A stretch of 64,000 nucleotides of DNA from Hyphochytrium catenoides (lineage: Eukaryota; Protista; Hyphochytriomycota): contig FLMG01002637.1 of the NCBI GenBank assembly GCA_900088475.1, positions 8,312 to 72,311 on the forward strand, read 5' to 3'. Positions 21,983-32,823 of the stretch are shown here, piece after piece (position 1 is the stretch's first letter; each line of letters begins with the position of its first letter). The translations under genes were made by a program, and so were the position numbers. The notes under the pieces are model-generated. The model saw nothing but the letters and a program-made list of their open reading frames with translations, was not told where the DNA came from and searched no databases.

Positions 21983-24408
21983 TGTTTTCTGGGAATGACT
22001 GGATCTTAAGAAAGACGAAGTAGGAGGAATCCAATGCCCTTAGCTTTTGCCACGATTAGCTGCCGTGTGGAAGTGGCGAGCTGTAGATGGCTAGACAGAG
22101 AAGGCACGGCGCCAAGAGCTGTTGATTGGGCTCCGACGGAAGAAGAAGAAATGGTCTCCTCTCGTCCCATCCCTGTAGCCGCCCTAATCAAGAAGTCATG
22201 CAAGGCCCTAAGAGCCAGCCGCGGTTATCAACTAAGAACAGCGCAGGTCAAAGCTCAAGAGGAAGGAGAGGAGGCAGAAGGAAGAGACGAAAGGAGAAAA
22301 TTTGTAGGGAGACATCGAAAGGCTGAAGGACGAAGAGGAAGAGACTCAGGCAAAGAGTACAGAAAGGCCACGTGCCTTAGGTCACGACAGTGAAGAGTTG
22401 AGGTGAGAAGCTGCTGCGCCTGTAATGCAGAGCACAGCAGGCATCTGTACAAAGGCAAAGAGAGGGGAGGAGGAAGGAGGCAGTAGGGCAGGACATTCTT
22501 TGCTGGTGATGAAGGTTATCCTGTCCGTTTTGTCAATCAGTCATGTAAAGAGAGGACACAGAAGGACAGGGGAGCCTGCAGCTTGATTGTGGGGTATCTT
22601 CACTTCGACGTGTGATGAATGACAAGAGCTACGGTTGGCTATGATAATGTATGGCGGCTAGGCGGCTGGAGTTTGATAGGCGAAGCCCGTGTTTGTTGAA
22701 GCTACCGCTGAAAAGCAATGGGTATTATTAGGGACTGATTTACTTAGGCTTTACTAAGAGGATAATAAGATCTTAGTCTTGGACCATTTATTTGGGCGAC
22801 GAAGCTGGTGGAGGATCAAGTGAATATAAACTTTTTAGGCGCATGGTTTTAGGCGGAACCTTTAGAAGCATCAAGGTTCTAAACCTTTGTTGCTATGCCA
22901 CTATTATTAATGGGTAGAAGTACGATGAGCAACTAGGACAGAGAAGGTAATTGCTATATTACTACTTACTAGTGTTATATGATTTATTAGGCGTTTATCA
23001 GAGTGGAAGGCTGTTCTACTGTGAATTCTATTTGTAGAAATATTTGGGAAAGGCCAGGTAGGTTTGTTCCAGAAATGCATGTCACATTACCCTGAACTAC
23101 ACCAGCCCTGATGTGTAACCTAGATGGCCCTATCTATTCACTTGACCGAATCTGGCCTCTTCCTCCTCGAACTAATTAGGTAATGGCCTCATACTACCAA
23201 GGTTAGGTTTAGGGCTCGTACAAATGATAAAGTCAGGGAGAACATATATTTAGAACTACTTTAGGGAAATATGACACTTATCATAGATAAGCAGATAGTG
23301 TGCACAGTCGGGTGGTTTGCCGCTTCCCTTTGACCTACCTGGAATCACAGTCGGGCCAACGGTAACCCCTTCCGTTCTGACTTCTTCCTGCCACTGTCTA
23401 CCGGCCCATATTCTTCCGAATTTGTTCTGCTGGAATCTCAAATGAATACCCTTTGCCTTTGACTGAACCCATTTGGCAGTAGCTCTAATCCTCGGCCGTA
23501 CTGATCCGCAATACTGTGGAGTACCATGAACCCCTTTCGTGTAATTCCCATTGCTTAGTAAGAGTACATCTTATCTTTGGAACCTATCCTCCTATCCTAA
23601 TTGCTGCTTCAACTGGCGCTTTCTGGGTCGTTCGCCGAGACTAAATTTAGGTTCTGGTGAGCTGAACCCAAAACCCTTTCCTAAACACCTGAGGCCTTCC
23701 AAAGGTCTGGCAATTACCAGCCATTATAAATGACAGTCAAACAACTTCATTGCAAAAGACGACGATGTGGCGCGACGTTTGTCGGTTCTTTCTGGCAAGG
23801 GATACTTGTACCACATACTGTTTGCCCTTCAGCTCATAGAAATTCTGTTGCCATTGTTTTCTGGCACATGTCGCCATTAGTCCGTCCGTTATCTTCTCTC
23901 TCATCCCCCACCTCCTCTCCCTTCTCTGTGCCTGACAGTGCACCCAGCCATGATGTCGCTTCTGGTTACGCCTCAGCCTGTGGGCAAAGTGTTCTGCCAA
24001 GATCCCCTAACATCCTGCAGGTAAACGTAGAGTGAGCTAGACTTTATGCTGTCATCTGATCACCACCGACTCCTCCTCCTTCATCCTCTTCATAGGTGAA
24101 GGAAAGCCCTTACTCCTGCTACCTGTAGCAGCAGCTATTTTCCAACGGAGGACAGGACAAAGGTATTTGGACCCGGACAGGCAGTCCCTGCTCACTTTAC
24201 CATTTTCTGCAAGGGCGGACAGGGACAACGCCTGAACGCGATCATCATCCTTCACAGATAATCGCAGAAGCGTCGTTTACCACAGACGCTACTACAAAGC
24301 AACTGTCCAACCAACCCCTTCAAGTTTGTTCCTTTGTTGGGCAGTTCTATCTAGGTTAGTGGAAACTCAGGTTGCCGACTGTCCTGAACCAGGTCAACGA
24401 CTCTAAGT

Positions 24409-25923
24409 ATGACAATCACACGCCGTCTGCTTAGCGTTGCTGCAATCCTAGCAGTGCTTACTGCAGCTCCTGCAGCCGGAGCTCAAGATACCTCTTTCTT
24501 CAGAGCTCAGAGATCTTTGCAGGAAGTACGCGCACAGGGAAGAGGGGGAGGAGGAGACGGCGGGGACGGCAACACCGGAGGGAATGACGGAGGAGGAAAT
24601 GGTGGAGGAGGAAACGACAACAACGGAGGCAATGGTGACAACAATGACAATGGCGGTAATACAGGTGGTGGTGGTGGAGGAGGTAGTAATGGCTTTTGCG
24701 CGAACACGGGCCTTCAGCTAAGTGATGGAACCCAGATTCGCACTGGAGCGTGCAGTGAGACGGTTCAAGGAGCCATCCCAAGAGTAGAGAATATGGTATC
24801 AACCAGAATCATTGCGCCTGAGAGTGGTGCTGAGATTGAGGTTGGGGAGAGCTTCACGATCTCGGTGAAGACAAGGAACATGGAGCTTGGATTTTTCAGT
24901 GATCCTCAGCAGCAGTACTATGCCTCTCCTCAGAACCTTAACGCTCAAGGCATCATTCAAGGACATCAGCACGTTGTGCTAGAAGAACTCAATGGTAACG
25001 AGAATACTGACCCCACCGCCTTCAAGTTCTTTAAGGGACTTGATGGTCCGCCTCAAGGAGGGGTCTTGAGCACTGTAGTCCCTGGGCTCCAGAACACGGG
25101 ACAGCACCGTATCTGTACGATGACCGGAAGTCTCACCCATCAGCCGGTCATCATGCCTGTGGCCCAGCGTGGTAGCCAGGATGATTGTATTCGAATCAAT
25201 GTCGTTGCACGCGGAACGAAGGGTCAAGGAGGCAATAGTAATAATGGGGGAGGGGGTGCTGCCGACGCCCAGCAGGGAGGTAACAATGACGGGGGAGCTG
25301 ATGGCCAACAGCAGGGAGCCAACAATGGAGGCGGACAACAACAACAAGGAGGAAATGATAACGGAGACGGAGGTGACCAGCAGCAAGGCGGCAACAACAA
25401 TGACGGTGGAAATAACCTTACTGGGGGCGCCAATAATGGCAATGTGAACGTTGGCGGGCAGCAGGGTGGTCAGACTGGAAGCGGTCAAGAGGCTGGAGGA
25501 CAGAATGGAGGCAATAACCAACAGGCAGGAGGTGATACATCCAGTGGCAACAATCTGCAACAAGGCGGAGAACAATCCGGCAACATCAATACTGGAGGTC
25601 AAGAAGCTGGTGGTGGGCAAGCAGGAGGGCAACAATCAGGTGCTAATAACGGACAGCAGGCTGGAGAAGGCGCTGCAGGCAACAACGGTGGACTGCAGCA
25701 GCAGCAGGGCGGAGAAAATCCTACAGGCAATAGTGGCGGAGGATTGCAGAATGGTGGGCAGGAGCNNNNNNNNNNNNNNNNNNNNNNNNNNNNNNNNNNN
25801 NNNNNNNNNNNNNNNNNNNNNNNNNGAGCTGCTGGTGGGGCCAACAGAAACTTCTCCCGACAACGTACGGGTGGCTTCCAGCGTCAAGGCGGAGGTTTCC
25901 GTGGAGCTCGTGGAGGGCAGTAG
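24409..25923 (+). CDS. Secreted protein with a conserved fungal-type 'HQPV.MPVAQRG.QDDC' domain flanked by G/N/Q-rich regions, intronless (spans an N-gap)
   Basis: Signal peptide. Core motifs FC...G..LSDGTQ...GAC, G.IP, GFFSDP..QYY.SPQ.L...G.I.GH.H, F.FFKGL and RICTM....HQPV.MPVAQRGSQDDC.R. The 60-N gap at 25766-25825 makes the tail length uncertain. Confidence 0.8.
   Translation: MTITRRLLSVAAILAVLTAAPAAGAQDTSFFRAQRSLQEVRAQGRGGGGDGGDGNTGGNDGGGNGGGGNDNNGGNGDNNDNGGNTGGGGGGGSNGFCANTGLQLSDGTQIRTGACSETVQGAIPRVENMVSTRIIAPESGAEIEVGESFTISVKTRNMELGFFSDPQQQYYASPQNLNAQGIIQGHQHVVLEELNGNENTDPTAFKFFKGLDGPPQGGVLSTVVPGLQNTGQHRICTMTGSLTHQPVIMPVAQRGSQDDCIRINVVARGTKGQGGNSNNGGGGAADAQQGGNNDGGADGQQQGANNGGGQQQQGGNDNGDGGDQQQGGNNNDGGNNLTGGANNGNVNVGGQQGGQTGSGQEAGGQNGGNNQQAGGDTSSGNNLQQGGEQSGNINTGGQEAGGGQAGGQQSGANNGQQAGEGAAGNNGGLQQQQGGENPTGNSGGGLQNGGQEXXXXXXXXXXXXXXXXXXXXXAAGGANRNFSRQRTGGFQRQGGGFRGARGGQ
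25766..25825. other. Assembly gap (N run); others at 60499-60540 and 61012-61068
   Basis: Runs of n in the sequence. Confidence 1.
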
Positions 25924-28900
25924 CCTTGAAGAGTTTTAAAATCTCCTTTAATCTCTCTCCTTTCCTTTTCCAAGTCACTCTTACACCAGGATTAGATTGA
26001 GGTCGCCTGTCCAGTAGATTATAAAAAACATTCATTTTGATAATAGATTATGAGGAATCACACCGACTATGCCTTTTGACAAGTCTGCCTTCATTACATT
26101 GTTCATCTGGAGGTGATCGCCGGCTGCAACTCACCGTTATAGTAGGGTCCCAAGTGAGAGGCAGCTCAGAAGCTTGTAGATGGCAATTGACCCTGCAACG
26201 GGTACAGCTATACAGTATCCCGCCGCGTGAGTATAAGAGCTCTCGTAAAACCTGACATTTAGTTCTAATGTGAGGCAGGAGGTAGTGACGGCAAAAGTAG
26301 TGGCAGATAGCACGCTGTGCTGCCAGATGATAGTATTATTCATAGTGGCTCTCAAGCTTAATACTTATAGTGAAGCAAGACAACTATTGTAGGAAGAGTG
26401 CCTCCGTAGCTTTCGTTTGTTGGCTCACCACAGGAACACCCAGAGGTGCTAAGGCAGGACCTCCTTTTCGTCGTAATAGTAAGGAAGAGAGCAATCGTGA
26501 TGCACTTTTGTCCTAGCTTATCTCCATCGATCAGCCTCTGCTGAATCTCGCCGTTTGTTGTCTTTCCGTTACGCTTGTCTCACTAATTTATGTTTCCTTC
26601 TTGACGCAGTACAAAGGCCTCTTATAGCAGTGGGTACGATAGTCTCCTCTACAGCTAGAAGCTTCTTTTTCATAAGCAGTACAAAGGCAATAGCACTTGT
26701 TGTTTACGGTACCTATGGGTAGAAGCCTCCAATGCACCAACAGACAGCTGCTGCTGAGGAGTGTCGTGAAGGGTAGAGGTATTCAGCTACTAGACCATCA
26801 TCAGTCACTTTTCACCACCTTCCTCACAACGATGATGCCACAGGAACTAAACAGTTTTGGACATTGCAACCCTTGATCCTCCCTTCCGCACAACATCCGC
26901 CGAAGATGTCATTAACTAGGGGAGAGATGTCATTAACTAGGGGAGAGATCTCTTCCCTGCGACGTCCCTTCGTATGTGGACGAAGGCGTCCTTCTTCTTC
27001 TCCGTCCTGCATAGCAGAATCACTTTTTTCTCCTCCTCTTAACCCTTTCACTAGAATCATAAAAAGGACCCCAGACGAAAGGCGCAGGTGGACCAGAAGA
27101 GAGTAGTCAAACAGCAAGACGAACATAGTAAAGATCTTGCATAGTAGTACGAGGCTGAGGAAGTCTAGCATCGTACTACTACTAAGCGTAAACCCCGTTC
27201 CTTCCTTCATTTGACCAGAACAACCAAAACCAACGGCTTCACTGCAACTCGACGTCTGGCAGACAGAAAGCGGAGCTCACAGAGACAGTCTTTCCTATGG
27301 TGATGTACTACTAGTATATCGTTGCAAGAACGATATTTTCCTTTTTTGTTGTGCTACGTCGTCGTCTTGGCCCGCCATGAGCCATGTTCGACTTGTTGGG
27401 TACCTGGAGTTGCGCAGAGTTGTTGCCTCCTAGAAGTAGATGTTCGAAGAGACATAACAACACCAACAACTGCCACTCCTCTTCAGACAACGGACATGGC
27501 TGCCATCAAGAATGGTTAGCTTCATCAATATGCATGACGAAGCAAAGGAGTAAGAGATATAGTCTACTATGACTATAGCGGGAGGAGTGAGAAGTGGAGG
27601 CAACCTTCCCAAGCAGATAAAAAGCCAGCAAGTTCAGCCCCTTGATGTGGCTCTGGCCAGAGAAGAAAGGCACCGTCTACTCTGTTGTCTCTTCTTCATT
27701 CACCACTGCTACTGCGAACGAGTGATAATATGGACATCCGACAGACTAAAACAAAAAGATGGCCTTGTTGATTGGACTAACCATACTAGTAGAGATCGTT
27801 GCGGCTCCTCTACGTCAAAGTACCCGGCTGTGATGGGACTCATAAATAGCAGACACCTCTTCTGGTGTCAAGAAGCCCTTACTACGACGAAGACTGACGG
27901 GAGGCGATACCGCTTCTTATGCCTGTAGAAGTAGACTCTCTTCTCTCCTCCTCGGAAGCCTCTATCTATTATCCTGTAGAGGCCTGGACCTCTATCAAGT
28001 ACGGGGCTGTTCCTAGGCATATTGTCACTGCTTCTTCCCTCACAAGAGCAGTCTCCTCCTCCCATCAGTCATCATGGCTCTCTCAGCCTCTAACGATGTG
28101 AGGAGCTTGAGCCCACAAGCAAACGAAGGACTTGCACAAGAAGACGGAAGATCGACCCCTGTGTAACCTCAACCCGCGGACCCACTGCCTGCATATCAGG
28201 GGTGGGGGTGGGGGGTCAGAAGCTTTGCATGCTGCATGATATCTATAGATTTCACTTAACCCTTTGCTACTGTATAGAGCTGAACTGGGAAATATATTCT
28301 CGACAACCTTTGAAAGATTCCATCCCTACACCTCACTTCTGGTCACCCTCCCTGTCACACCCCACTCCCTCATCTCTTCTCTCCTCCCTTCCTTCCCTCC
28401 TCCTCAGGTTGCTTATAAAGACAAGGCTCTTGAAACGCCCCCACCACCACCCGAGGGAGGGAGAGCTGGCTGGCTGACTGACGGACAGCCTGACAGACGG
28501 GACGGGATGGGCTCTGGCTGACTGTAAGAGACATGACACCCGACAGCGAGAGCCTCAGTGCTTCCTCTTACACATTTCCTAGACCACTGGGACGAGCCAG
28601 AACAAAGCATTACGTAGAGCCGACTAGCCATGTCAAGCAGGTGGTCAAGCATTATGGTTTTCCTTCTTCTTCTTCCTTCTCTATCTCTGTCTGCTGTTTT
28701 CTTGTCCTCCTGCCCTCTGACCTCTCTCTCATTGCCCCTTCTAAGGTTCTTCCTCCTCTGCGTTGTTGTTCGCCTTTCTCTTCGCCCGTTGGCCTTATCT
28801 CGTACTCTATGTTGCTGTCTAGCATCTCACCATGCACCACGGGGTGCTTTCTTTCGCCATCTGGGGAACTGGCATGGCTGAGGATGGACAGTCCCACGAC

Positions 28901-29234
28901 TTCTGATTCCAGCAGGAAGATGTGGGAAGGAAGAACCGTGAAGGAAGCTGCCACCTACTCCGCTTACCGTTGTATCAAGGCCTGCCCTTCTGCTGCTCAT
29001 GGTTCCTGAGAGGGCAAAGAAAATGAGGAGCTCGCCTCTCTCCCTCTTTTCCACTTCCATCAGCTTTCGCTCTCTGTTGATCAGAAACAACAGACCTGGG
29101 AGGAGAGTCGTCCGATTGCAGAGAGGTCATTGTTCAATCTGCAGCCTTCCCGAGGTCTTGGTCGAAGGAGAGCTCGCACAGTTGTCACTAGACCCCGTCG
29201 AAAGCCAAGTCTACTTGGGAGATCAACCACAAAG

Positions 29235-30431
29235 ATGTTGTCTCTTGCCGCGACACAAAAGCTTCTCTCAATATGCGTCCTGGCTTTGGTCGCTTCAACA
29301 TCTCCGCCTGTAGGCGCTCTTCCCACCGGCGCCCCAGCTTGCCATTATAACCCCGCAGCTATTATGAAGGGCCACGGTCCACCAGCAACAACCCTCGAAG
29401 GCGCAAAAATCACGGTTACCCCGACAACCTACACCCCTGGACAGACATTAAAGGTTGTCATCAATGGCCCAGCTGGCTGGAAGGGTCTTCTGCTCTACGC
29501 AAGCAGTGCAGGGGCCGTTTCTTCAGGGGGTGCCTCCCCCATTGCCACCAATACTACCAGCGGCAGTACTAGCACCTCCTCCAGTGGAAAGGCCTCCTCT
29601 AGCAGCACCTCTTCATCATCGGGCACTGGGTACCGGCGGCTGCAGGTTACTGGCGGCGGGGGTGCGACGGGAGGCACTAGCGGTGGAGCCACTGGAGGTG
29701 CTACAGGAGGCACCACCGGAGGTGCTACGGGTGGTGCAGGTGGCGCCACAGGAGGTGCAGGTGGCGCCACAGGAGGTGCAGGTGGCGCCACAGGTGGTGC
29801 AGGCGGTGCCACTGGTGGTGCTGGTGGAGCCACAGGGGGTGCTGGCGGAAGCACTGGTGGAGGAGCTACTGGAGGTACCACAGGAGGTGCAGGTGGTGCC
29901 ATGGGCGGGACTAGCAGCGGTGGTGCTGCTGGGGGCAGTACTACAGGTAGTGCTCCACCAGCAGCCGGAGCAGCAGCTGGAGGCACGAAGAATCATGTCG
30001 GAAAGTTCATCAACCTTCCAGCCAAGTTCCGTCCTCAGGATCCTGCCAAATGCTCTGGGGCCAGCGTGAAGAACGAGGCCCTAAGCACAAGCGGTGCTTC
30101 GACCATCACTCATTCGGATGGATCCACTAAGGACAACACCATTACGTTCGATTGGGTTGCTCCATCTGCGGCATCAGGACCTATTACCTTCTCTGCTGTG
30201 GTCAATATGGGTGCTGTGCAGAGTAAGTGGATGCTGATGGAGGCGATGGCACAGCCCTCTGGCGGTGCGGGCGCCGGTGGTGGTGCTTCTGGAGCAAGTG
30301 ATTCCACTGGTGGCACCACAGGCACCACTCCATCTACCTCTGCGGCCACTCAAGCAACCAACACCCACTGGTCTGTCTGCTTATCAGTTGCTGCAGTTGC
30401 GATCAGCGCTGTCTGTGCCGTTGTATTATAG
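29235..30431 (+). CDS. Reeler-like protein, probably GPI-anchored, with the domain split by a S/G/T/A-rich insertion; intronless
   Basis: ATG at 29235 and signal peptide. LPTGAPAC, YTPGQ and WKGLLLY precede a ~165-aa insertion; HVGKF, TITH and FDWVAP..GPITF follow it. S/T-rich stalk and hydrophobic C-terminus (WSVCLSVAAVAISAVCAVVL). Paralog of 18459-20012. Confidence 0.8.
   Translation: MLSLAATQKLLSICVLALVASTSPPVGALPTGAPACHYNPAAIMKGHGPPATTLEGAKITVTPTTYTPGQTLKVVINGPAGWKGLLLYASSAGAVSSGGASPIATNTTSGSTSTSSSGKASSSSTSSSSGTGYRRLQVTGGGGATGGTSGGATGGATGGTTGGATGGAGGATGGAGGATGGAGGATGGAGGATGGAGGATGGAGGSTGGGATGGTTGGAGGAMGGTSSGGAAGGSTTGSAPPAAGAAAGGTKNHVGKFINLPAKFRPQDPAKCSGASVKNEALSTSGASTITHSDGSTKDNTITFDWVAPSAASGPITFSAVVNMGAVQSKWMLMEAMAQPSGGAGAGGGASGASDSTGGTTGTTPSTSAATQATNTHWSVCLSVAAVAISAVCAVVL
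29718..29846 (+). repeat. Coding 21-bp tandem repeat (GGATGGA heptapeptide), about 6 copies
   Basis: Unit ggtggcgccacaggaggtgca repeated with synonymous variation. Confidence 0.85.
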
Positions 30432-32823
30432 TTCTCAGTTAGTGGACTCGAACCCTTGTATCTATTAGAGTAACTCCTTCTCAAAGGATAATAATCGCAG
30501 TTGACAAACAACAATCTCTATCAATGAGCTGGGCCAACCACCGCGATCTGCCGCCTTGGCATGTAACTCGAATATTAAGCAAACCTAGTAGCACTCTTAG
30601 GATGACCTGCCGATATCCTCAATTGGAATAGTCGTTCAACGACCGTTGTCTCTTTGGCCTTCACTCAATGATCAATGACAACCTTAGTACACTGTGTACA
30701 CTGTGTCAAAAGCTCAGCTTTCTTCTATGTCCTCTGTTTCTCGGTTGGCGCGTCTCAAACTCTCTCTTCTGTTGAGAAATGATTGTTGAACTTCTCCTCA
30801 ACGGCGTGGCTACGACGCAGGATTCCGACCACAGTATCAATCCTTCCAGGGTGACATTCTTCACCAATATCTTGTGTCAGTCAGCATCTTCTCGTTTAGG
30901 TTTATTTCGGAGGGAGTTAGAAGGAAAGGGCGAGTATTCCGTCCGTAGAAGGGCACATGAGCAGCTCGAAGGTATAGTGAAAGGTATAGTGAGAAACCTT
31001 TTGGTACGGTCCCTTAATATGGAGCTAACGTACTAACGTAATCACTTCCGAAGGGACTAGCTCGGGCCCGCATCGTCTCGCTCGGGCCCGCATCGCCTCG
31101 CTCGGAGCGAGTGCACACAAGTGAGCGGCAATCTTACCACCACTGCTGACGGTATTACCCGCAGTGGCAATATGCTTCGCTCAGCAGTTTGTACTCTTTT
31201 CCCCATGCTGCTGTCAATCCGACTGTGACACGCTATGGGCAACAACACTTTTGACAATTGCCACGACAGCAGGGAATTGTTGGGCTCACTGTATATCAAT
31301 AGCTTATGAAGCCGCTGGGCAGCGGTGTTACCTGTTTGGCTCACCTAGGTCCCGCGAGAGTTCATTCAGGACCCTAAGCAGCTGAGCGCTTTGGCGGATT
31401 AATTATTTGCTGCCGACATCTCGACATCTCAGGTGTGCTGACGACGTGTGTCGGCAGTGGCGGCTTTGCGATCCCATACGAAATGGCGCCCCCCATCTTC
31501 TGGTGGGTCCACTGCTGCTACTACTATTGACCACCTGGGCCACGAATCAAGTATGGTCTTGGCTGCTATCATCAACTGTTCCCCTTCTTATGGTGTCTCC
31601 ACCAGCGGGAAGGCTGCCCGTAGGCAGCCTGCCACAGCCCGTTACTACCGTTATGTCTCTCTTCTATTGCATCTTCCTCTTAACCGGTTGTCCTCTTCTG
31701 ACCACTCTTGTGGGACCACAGCTATCCCTGCTTGTTTCTTTTTTACCTCCCAACAACGAGTATTCCCCACGGCACCTTGAACATAGAGACCTCAAGGCTT
31801 CAAACCGAAAGACATTGCAAACACCGTCGGTTGGAGGATTCTTCCGCCAAAGCGTGCACTCCGGGGAAGCAAGAACAACGACGAACTGGAGTGCGGGTGG
31901 TGGTGGCTCCACTGAAGACTCGTGAGACAGATTTCAACCATCGTCCCTATGCCGCGGTGCGCGGTGAAGTCAGACGGTATGGTACTCCGTGCAATGGCCG
32001 TGCCGCCGCCTCTGCCTTCTTTGGCATGTGAGGCAAGAGATAGGCTCTGTCGGAAAACAAATAGCTCTGCTCGTAGAGTAAGGAGAGCCTTAAAGCCTGT
32101 AGCCGTTGTCCGCTCAAAAGCGGGGATGACTTCTCTGCTCTCTTCCTAACGATTGAAGACACCTGCCGGTAAACATGAGTCAATACTATGAAGCGCGAGT
32201 TTGTTTTTTGTTGCTGACTGTTCTAACCGCCCGGGCCACTGCCTTAGCAGTAACGACGATTACCCTTCTTCTCAGCCCTCTTTGGCACACAGCCCGATCC
32301 TTCACTTGGCCCTGTAGCGCCTCACTGTCTTACGTGTCTCATTCTCAACAAACAGAACACCTTTGCTCTGGTGGTCATTGCCAAGTGACCCCTTGCCAAG
32401 CCACATTCAGACGGGGGCAGAAGAAAAAGTGAAACCTCACGTCATATCGATTGATGTCCTCATATTAAATAGTAATAGCGTCTCTGAGGCAGCTACATCG
32501 TCGTCCCTCGGCGTCGAGAGCCCATGTTCCATGGGTAATAGGTTAGACTATACCAGCATCAACGGCTATTCAAGCTTAAGAGTGCAGCACGCTATATGTT
32601 CTGTATACCGGTTCATCGTGGAGGAAGTTTATACCTGACTTGAGGCTAGAGCCTATGTGTTCCATCCTGTCTGTCATGCCAAAAGTAGGCAGGTTCTGCC
32701 CTTTCTGTTGACGATATTCATCTGTAAGAGCAAGGAATATCCTAACATCCAACCTCATCCCACCGCGTAAATCTCCAATGGAACCAGGAGGACAAAAAGC
32801 TGCGTGGTCTAGACCGTAACTGC

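Noticed and set aside
22700-23720. Possible retroelement gag/protease relic (VLLGTDLL, CAH..C.. fragments)
   Set aside because: Motifs are short and on opposite strands; insufficient support.
29455-30069. Alternative-frame and antisense ORFs (VAPQEVQ repeats, poly-PPVAPPA)
   Set aside because: By-products of the GC-rich 21-bp repeat in Reeler-2.
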